The translations under genes and the position numbers were made by a program. DNA of 64,000 nt. Origin: a virus (taxonomy: Duplodnaviria > Caudoviricetes). Numbering within the stretch: position 1 is the stretch's first letter; each line of letters opens with the position of its first letter. Of this stretch, positions 58,400 to 64,000 are shown piece by piece. The notes beneath the pieces were generated by a model. The model had not been told where the DNA came from and did not search any database. It saw nothing but the letters and a program-made list of their open reading frames with translations. The stretch is taken from the IMG/VR virus record IMGVR_UViG_3300031902_000003, positions 1 through 64,000 of that record; one strand, 5' to 3'.

Positions 58400-58577
58400 A
58401 TGTATTCTCCTGTCACAATCATGTTGTTGATCTCGATCTCCGTGTGAACAGCAATCCGGACAGCCTTTTGAATTGCTGCCTTGATGTCTTTATCTGACAA
58501 CAATTGTCCAACGTAATCGCTACCGCCAATGAGAGTCGCTGCGATCTTTGCAATCTCCAAAGCCTTGTTTGAAACGC

Positions 58578-58784
58578 TCATGACTCCATGACCTCACTGA
58601 TTGTTTTGTGGTGACACCAGATTCGCCAGCCGGACTCCAGTTGAGCTTCGGCTTTAAAGTAACATGCCTCCCAGGTCTCAGCTTCAACTTCAAAGAAGAC
58701 GCACTGAATCTCTGTGGGCTTCTCAGGTTTCTGCTTGAAATTGCTGGCGTGAAAAGTCCATCTCATTGTCTGCCTCGTCAGCAA
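58578..58784 (-). CDS. hypothetical protein
   Basis: Coupled to 58396..58581. Confidence 0.55.
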   Translation of the reverse strand: MLTRQTMRWTFHASNFKQKPEKPTEIQCVFFEVEAETWEACYFKAEAQLESGWRIWCHHKTISEVMES

Positions 58785-58842
58785 GAGGGGAACAAGTCCT
58801 CTTGGACTCCCGGTGTTCTGGGAGTTTCGGCTGTTCTACAAT

Positions 58843-59370
58843 CTACTCGGAGGCCTGAGCCAAGGTCTTCGAAGAGACCGACATGCCCTTCTCCGCAGCC
58901 ACCTTCTTGATGAGTTCCAAACGGTCAGCGATCGTCTGAGTCGTGGGAGCGGGAGCCTGAGGAGTACCCCAAGTCTTCTTCGCACCCTTCTCCTTCTTGG
59001 CCTTGGGAGCCTTCGGGGCCTTCTCGACCGCGGTGAGCTGCTTCATCGCCACCAGAACATTCCGGAAGGTGATGATCTGCTCGTCGGGAGTCCCTTCGAG
59101 GTTCATCATCTGGGTAACCTGACCAAACTTCCCGAGGCGGTGAGGAACGGCCAGAGAACCAGTCGCCTCCCAGCCAGACAGGTCAACCCGGCGGACGCTC
59201 TTGGTGGCCGCCACGTAGACCCGACGACCCTTGGCCGCTTCAACCTTGAGGAAGCCGGACTGCTCGGTGAAGGTGAGGTCCAGTTCCTTGATCACAGCCT
59301 CGTACTGATCACGGGTGGCGAACTTCGGGGCAACCTCAACGGCGGGGACAGTCTCGGTGTTGGTGGTCAT
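58843..59370 (-). CDS. early protein, paralog family A (copy 2)
   Basis: QSGFLKV..AKGRRVYVA...RVDLSGW; Lys/Pro/Ala tail; ATG 59370 after SD aagga. Confidence 0.85.
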   Translation of the reverse strand: MTTNTETVPAVEVAPKFATRDQYEAVIKELDLTFTEQSGFLKVEAAKGRRVYVAATKSVRRVDLSGWEATGSLAVPHRLGKFGQVTQMMNLEGTPDEQIITFRNVLVAMKQLTAVEKAPKAPKAKKEKGAKKTWGTPQAPAPTTQTIADRLELIKKVAAEKGMSVSSKTLAQASE

Positions 59371-59438
59371 TGTTTTGTTTCCTTTGTTTTCTACTACGTT
59401 CACTTTTTCCAACCAGCCTCATTGCCGATTGTGAGACC

Positions 59439-59467
59439 ATTATACATCTTCTTCTATTCGAAGTACA
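59439..59467 (-). promoter_or_regulatory. early-type promoter
   Basis: TGTACT-17-TATAAT on the - strand. Confidence 0.85.
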
Positions 59468-59488
59468 CCTCTATTTTAGATTATTTGT

Positions 59489-59860
59489 CTAAAAAGGAAT
59501 CTTCGAATCTTCCTGAACGAGGTTGACCAAATGCTGCTCGATCTCGTAGAGCCTGTTGAAGTCGCAGAACTTTTCCGCGACATTTTTGGCTTCCTTCAGA
59601 CCGAGACCCAGGCGAGCCCGAAGAACCCTGATCGCCTCGACCTTCTTTCCAGAAAGAGCCAGATCCATCCACTCGCCAGGCTCGCCACGACCCCATGCCG
59701 GGGAGCTGTTCGAAAGAGGAGCAGGTGCAGCAGGCACCGATTCAGGCTTGAACAGTCCCAGTCCGATCATCTCAGTAACAAGGTTTAACACATCGGCTTC
59801 GGTCAACTCCAAAGTGTTGCCGTTGAAGTTCTCGACAATGAATCGCTTGACAATGGTCAT
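59489..59860 (-). CDS. protein with ribosomal bL12 C-terminal-like domain
   Basis: GKKVEAIRVLRARLGLGLKEAKNVAE; SD aaggag before ATG 59860. Confidence 0.65.
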   Translation of the reverse strand: MTIVKRFIVENFNGNTLELTEADVLNLVTEMIGLGLFKPESVPAAPAPLSNSSPAWGRGEPGEWMDLALSGKKVEAIRVLRARLGLGLKEAKNVAEKFCDFNRLYEIEQHLVNLVQEDSKIPF

Positions 59861-59968
59861 CTTGTATTTCTCCTTTACACCGGGTAAACAACCAAACATC
59901 TAAAACAAGAGGAGGAGAAGACTCGACTCTTCTCCGACCGGCCTGGTTACCGGTCTCCCCGAACTTCT

Positions 59969-60283
59969 TTACTCGTGGCCGAAATAGAGGTGATCATGAG
60001 GAAACTTGCTTTCTTTGTCCTGGTCACCCTCGAGGGGCGGAGAGAAGCTCATCATTTCTTGGTAGGAAAGGTCCAACTGCCTCTCTTCTTCATCGCCGAG
60101 AGCCTCGAGGTGACTCTGGTCAATGCTAGCACGGTTCTTCAACCAGAGATCGTGGTCCAGAGCTTCGGAGAACTGGCATTCGAAATTCTGGCAATGAACG
60201 TAGGCAGGACCGTTCTCGGGATCATTGCCGGGGTAAGACCTCTTCGTATCTTGAAGGCAGTAGAGGCAGAAAGTCTTGTTCAT
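59969..60283 (-). CDS. hypothetical protein (CxxC, CxxxxC)
   Basis: SD ggagg. Confidence 0.6.
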   Translation of the reverse strand: MNKTFCLYCLQDTKRSYPGNDPENGPAYVHCQNFECQFSEALDHDLWLKNRASIDQSHLEALGDEEERQLDLSYQEMMSFSPPLEGDQDKESKFPHDHLYFGHE

Positions 60284-60522
60284 GAATCCTCCAGAATTGA
60301 TTTGATGTCCTGGCTGCGGGTGAAGAGCTTGGTGTGCATTGCCTCATTGCCAAGCTCTGAGTATTCGAATCCCTTGTTCCACATGACGATCCCGATGTCT
60401 CGAGCAATCATCTGGAAAGCTTTTTGGACTTCTTCGGGGAAAGGAGCTCCGTCTTCGTCTTTTAAAAGAATCATGTTCTTAGTTTCTCCGGGAGATGAAA
60501 TAGAAAACAACCTCGATGACAA
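60280..60522 (-). CDS. hypothetical protein
   Basis: 4-nt overlap with 59969..60283. Confidence 0.5.
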   Translation of the reverse strand: MSSRLFSISSPGETKNMILLKDEDGAPFPEEVQKAFQMIARDIGIVMWNKGFEYSELGNEAMHTKLFTRSQDIKSILEDS

Positions 60523-60936
60523 CCTGAAGAAGACCCCAGACTCCGACAGTGATACCCAACCCTGCGAAAGAAATGATCAAGAAGGTTTCCAAGTGAAGAA
60601 GTATTATACAACAAAGGGTGACGCGGTGGAAGGAGAAAGAAGAATTATTTGCTTTCAGGGAGACTCTTTTCGACCACAGAGGGGGCAGGAAGAACAAACC
60701 TGAATACCCTTAACTCGCTTATAGATAACCATTACTACGAAGAGGATAAGCGAGTAGCTGCACATAGGGTATACAAAGTCTCCTGAGCAAAGAGTGGAAT
60801 TACTATATCAGGATCTCCCGCGCGAGTAAAGGAGAAGGGGCTTTCTAAGAATAGAAGAGTTGCCAGGCCCTCGTTCCTCTTTTCTAAGCTTAGACGTGCT
60901 CCCCTTTTGTTATTCGTTATAATGGCTTGCATCGTA

Positions 60937-60977
60937 AGAGCCGGTCTGGAGTCGAACCAGACATGTTCCGACGGCCC
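60937..60977 (-). ncRNA. tRNA minihelix-like element, copy 1
   Basis: GGGCCG-TCGGAACAT-GTCTGG-TTCGACT-CCAGAC-CGGCTC-T. Confidence 0.65.
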
Positions 60978-60985
60978 GTCTAAGC

Positions 60986-61198
60986 TTAGTCGACTGTTCT
61001 GGTTAGAAAGAAGCTTCGAACTGCCAGTTCTCCAGTTGCGGCAGAGAGGATCAACCCTGCGAAGTGGGCTGCCTGCTCGGTGGTAAGGTTAAGCTCGATC
61101 TCACCTCCCACGTTGATGATGATTCGGAGTTCGCCTGACTGTTCGTCGACCTCTTGCTTTACCAAACAGTGGGCTGGGACAGTCATTGTGATATCCAT
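60986..61198 (-). CDS. hypothetical protein (70 aa)
   Basis: TAATG coupling to the upstream small ORF. Confidence 0.55.
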   Translation of the reverse strand: MDITMTVPAHCLVKQEVDEQSGELRIIINVGGEIELNLTTEQAAHFAGLILSAATGELAVRSFFLTRTVD

Positions 61199-61314
61199 TA
61201 CTTGCCCTTCCTGACCATCATGGCATTGCACTTGGGGCACCTCTTCGTGGTTGTTGGGGCGTAGGTGGTCGGTTCGACATTGCCGCAGTTGTGATTCACG
61301 CACTCGTAAGTCAC
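61198..61314 (-). CDS. 38-aa zinc-ribbon protein; not in the ORF track
   Basis: MTYECVNHNCG...RCPKCNAMM; GTG start after SD gagg. Confidence 0.55.
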   Translation of the reverse strand: MTYECVNHNCGNVEPTTYAPTTTKRCPKCNAMMVRKGK

Positions 61315-61485
61315 GTTTGCCTCTTTTGCCAAAAGTGGGAAGTTTTATCCGGCGCCAGGGTAACTTGTGCTGCTCTTTGTTCAATCCTTTCGAGGGGTTG
61401 GAGAGAGTGTATCTGAGCTTTACATTTCACCTATTCCCAAGAGTCGCGGAACAGGATATTAAGGGGTTGCAGAGAACAGACCAGG

Positions 61486-61761
61486 TCAGTACGGATCTTT
61501 GATGAACAGGTAGATCCGAGAAGAGGAGGTGATCCGCTCGTAGACCATGGTGTAGTCCTCTCCTTCCAGACTGTCCATCGCCTCGGAGACCCGGTCAAAA
61601 GAGTACCGAGTCTGTCCGTCTGGCATGAAGTGCGGAGAGTTCGGCTTCATCGACCCGTAGCAGACGGTGCACTTAGAGGCGCCGTTCCTATCGCGGTAGG
61701 ATTCCGCAATGATCGTCGCGGTGAGAGGAAGGTTAGAGACAGGGTAGACAGGAAGAGGCAT
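61486..61761 (-). CDS. hypothetical protein
   Basis: SD ggag; GC3-rich codons. Confidence 0.6.
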   Translation of the reverse strand: MPLPVYPVSNLPLTATIIAESYRDRNGASKCTVCYGSMKPNSPHFMPDGQTRYSFDRVSEAMDSLEGEDYTMVYERITSSSRIYLFIKDPY

Positions 61762-61809
61762 CAGGCAGATCTCCAGCTTTGAGGGGAGTTACCGCGGAGG
61801 ATGAATCAA

Positions 61810-61852
61810 TGAGGCGGGGAGGAGTCGAACCTCCCGATGTTCCAGGCGCCTC
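61810..61852 (-). ncRNA. tRNA minihelix-like element, copy 2
   Basis: GAGGCG-CCTGGAACATC-GGGAGG-TTCGACT-CCTCCC-CGCCTC-A. Confidence 0.65.
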
Positions 61853-61869
61853 TACCGACCTACTCTTCT

Positions 61870-62385
61870 TCACTCCTCAGAGGCGAGGACCTGAATCTGG
61901 TGCGCCTTCTCTGCGCTCTTCTTCGCCATCACAGAGAGGAGAGCGTCGGTGGCCTTCTCGACCTCGTTCTTCTTGGAGACCTTGGTGCCCTTGGAGGGAG
62001 TGGCCTTCGGGGCGGGGGTGGGGGTGGGCTTAGCTTCCTTCAGGACCGGCACCGCCTTGGGCTTGGGCTCGACCGGGGCCAGGGTCTTGAGGGTCCGGAG
62101 GATTTCCACGAAGCGGCTGCCGACTTCCTCCTCGGTCCCGGTCATGATCATCTGCTGCTTGACGGCCCCGAACACCCCGCAGTGGGGCTCCTGGGCGTGC
62201 GAGGAGTCGACCTCGAAGCCGGAGAGGTCGATGCGCCCGCACCGCTTGGTGGCCGCGATGTAGAGGCGCCGGCCCTTGACCGGCTCGACCTTGTGGAACC
62301 CGGACTGCGTGGTGTAGGTGAGGCCTTCGGCGTTCAGGATCGCGAGGAGAGAAGCGGTGTTCACGTAGGTGATGTCCTTCTTCAT
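61870..62385 (-). CDS. early protein, paralog family A (copy 3)
   Basis: QSGFHKV..VKGRRLYIA...RIDLSGF; Pro/Lys tail. Confidence 0.85.
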   Translation of the reverse strand: MKKDITYVNTASLLAILNAEGLTYTTQSGFHKVEPVKGRRLYIAATKRCGRIDLSGFEVDSSHAQEPHCGVFGAVKQQMIMTGTEEEVGSRFVEILRTLKTLAPVEPKPKAVPVLKEAKPTPTPAPKATPSKGTKVSKKNEVEKATDALLSVMAKKSAEKAHQIQVLASEE

Positions 62386-62459
62386 ATTGTGTAACCCCTT
62401 GATTTTCCTTACTGCGTTTATAATCTCCGGAGCACCATTGCTCCCTCGATTATGAAACC

Positions 62460-62488
62460 ATTATAATCGGAGTGAGAGTGAATGTACA
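62460..62488 (-). promoter_or_regulatory. early-type promoter (divergent pair, leftward)
   Basis: TGTACA-17-TATAAT on the - strand. Confidence 0.8.
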
Positions 62489-62745
62489 CTCGAGGGAAAA
62501 AATAAATTCATTAATGATATCAAGGAGTTAGGTGCTGCGGTGATTCCTATATGCACAGGAGCACCTGGTATACCTGGCACCGGGGTGCATATGGGTTCAT
62601 AATAAAATCATGGACTTAGAGGCCCGCTTAGCTCTCACTCAAGATTCGAGGCTACTTTTCCCAATGAACTTCGTTTCATGCAACCCTATGATTTTCCTGG
62701 AGAACCTGGCCTCAAAAATTTCCGGAGAAAAATTATGTAATAGAT

Positions 62746-62774
62746 TTCACATCTTGAAAATTCTGTGTTATAAT
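62746..62774 (+). promoter_or_regulatory. early-type promoter (divergent pair, rightward)
   Basis: TTCACA-17-TATAAT; ATG 7 nt downstream. Confidence 0.8.
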
Positions 62775-62780
62775 GAAAGC

Positions 62781-63095
62781 ATGACAAAATGTAAATTTAG
62801 AGCTGAGTGTGAACGTCTTATCTTGCGTGATGAATTTCTAGATCTGCATTGCAATCATCCCTGTGTGCTCACTGGATATCATCGTTACTGTAGATGTGCT
62901 AAGCATCAACGTGAAACTGAGAGAAAAAGAAATAAGCCAGTAAAGCCAGGCTGGAAACCCAAGAAGCAAAAGAGTTCAACGATTCTAAATCTTGAAGAAA
63001 AAAAGAAAGACTTAGAATCTAAACTTGACATCTTGAATAAGATCATCAAGGTTCAAACGTGGTTTGAAAAGTATTCAAAGAAAGGTTCGAAATGA
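62781..63095 (+). CDS. Cys/His-rich hypothetical protein
   Basis: True start likely ATG 62781 at the predicted +1; HCNHPCV...YCRCAKH. Confidence 0.65.
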   Translation: MTKCKFRAECERLILRDEFLDLHCNHPCVLTGYHRYCRCAKHQRETERKRNKPVKPGWKPKKQKSSTILNLEEKKKDLESKLDILNKIIKVQTWFEKYSKKGSK

Positions 63096-64000
63096 AGAAG
63101 ACAAAGAAGTGCCGGCATCATTGTTCAAGATTCTCTAGAAACAAATCTGGTAATATGATCTGGTGTGGCGAGCCATGCGTTCGAACTGAGTCAGAACATT
63201 TTCTTGACTGTCATGACGAGGGAGCCGAATTGTTCTGTCGTTGTGCTAAGCATGAAGCTGAGGTCCAGAAAAAGAGAGATAAGAGATTACTCGAGAAGAA
63301 GATCGGCAAGTTCATCTCTACGTCTCCATCTGGTTATCCTATGATTTGCTCCAGCTGTTCTGAGCTTCCCGCCTATTGCTATTGTCAAGCTGAGGTGCCC
63401 CTCGAGAGCCCACCGTCACCGCTAACCTTGCCTAACTTAGGAGATAAGTATGCAAAGTCAAATGTGTCTCCGAAGACCACGGAGGAGATGGACGAGGCCG
63501 TCGCTGATTTCTTTAATAACGCTGCTCTGAAGGAAGAATCTATTGATGAGGATGATGAGCGGTTTGATAATCAATATCTAAAAGAAGATAATGCTGTCGC
63601 TCGGGAGCCGCGAGGTGTTTCTCTCTGGAATCTAAGAGCTCCAGGAGCCATCGAAAAGAAACTTGAGGTGAACTTTAAAGTCCAGAAGAATCGAGCTCCT
63701 CTTGTCATGAGGCAATATACAGATTCTTTTGTTCTTCCAGTTGGAGAAACTATTAAGCGGACGGACTTTTATTTTGAAGATAGAGATCTCGGAATTGTCA
63801 AGATTGCAAGAGATCTTCAGATGGATGGTTCAAGAGTTCAACACTGGTCTCCGCAATGGAGAAGACCGATTGGAATGTTGACTGAAGAACAAGTTGAAGA
63901 ATCTTTTGAAAAGGTAAAGGAAACTGATAAAATCGTTTCCGTTAAGCATTCATCTCCAGAAATTTCTTCAACTCAGAAGCTTGAAAGCTTTGAAATCATG
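63092..64000 (+). CDS. Cys/His-rich hypothetical protein, 3'-partial; not in the ORF track
   Basis: ATGA overlap; open to the end of the window; WCGEPCV...FCRCAKH. Confidence 0.7.
   Translation, partial: MKKTKKCRHHCSRFSRNKSGNMIWCGEPCVRTESEHFLDCHDEGAELFCRCAKHEAEVQKKRDKRLLEKKIGKFISTSPSGYPMICSSCSELPAYCYCQAEVPLESPPSPLTLPNLGDKYAKSNVSPKTTEEMDEAVADFFNNAALKEESIDEDDERFDNQYLKEDNAVAREPRGVSLWNLRAPGAIEKKLEVNFKVQKNRAPLVMRQYTDSFVLPVGETIKRTDFYFEDRDLGIVKIARDLQMDGSRVQHWSPQWRRPIGMLTEEQVEESFEKVKETDKIVSVKHSSPEISSTQKLESFEIM

Noticed and set aside
1-64000. Stop-codon reassignment
   Set aside because: Long genes are intact under the standard code, and TAG, TGA and TAA all end well-defined genes.

Overview
Fragment of a large dsDNA bacteriophage genome (standard genetic code; no CRISPR array, rRNA or intein seen). 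About 1-26 kb is a tightly coupled + strand replication and nucleotide-metabolism module. It holds a gp32-like SSB, RecA, a flap/5' exonuclease, a DnaB/gp41-like helicase, class II RNR, a DHH phosphoesterase, GroES, IMPDH/GMPR and a DnaE polymerase. Embedded in it is an apparent cytosine-hypermodification toolkit: a ThyA-fold enzyme with the dCMP-type Asp, a MazG-like NTPase, an operon of a plant-type RGP/UDP-arabinopyranose-mutase homologue + NMP kinase + GT-B glycosyltransferase, dCMP deaminase, a separate ThyX, a DUF1599-like protein and a deoxyribonucleotidase. About 27-57.8 kb is an accessory region of short ORFs driven by many copies of a sigma70-like promoter, several apparently leaderless. 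It also contains a ligase, RadA-like ATPase, rIIA/rIIB, UvrD, zincin peptidases, tRNA-Arg(TCT), an aberrant tRNA-Lys, and an inverted tail-fibre-like cassette (48.4-52.7 kb). 57.8-62.4 kb is a GC-richer - strand block with tRNA-minihelix-like elements, ending at a divergent promoter region. All product calls come from motif recognition by eye; no database search was run.
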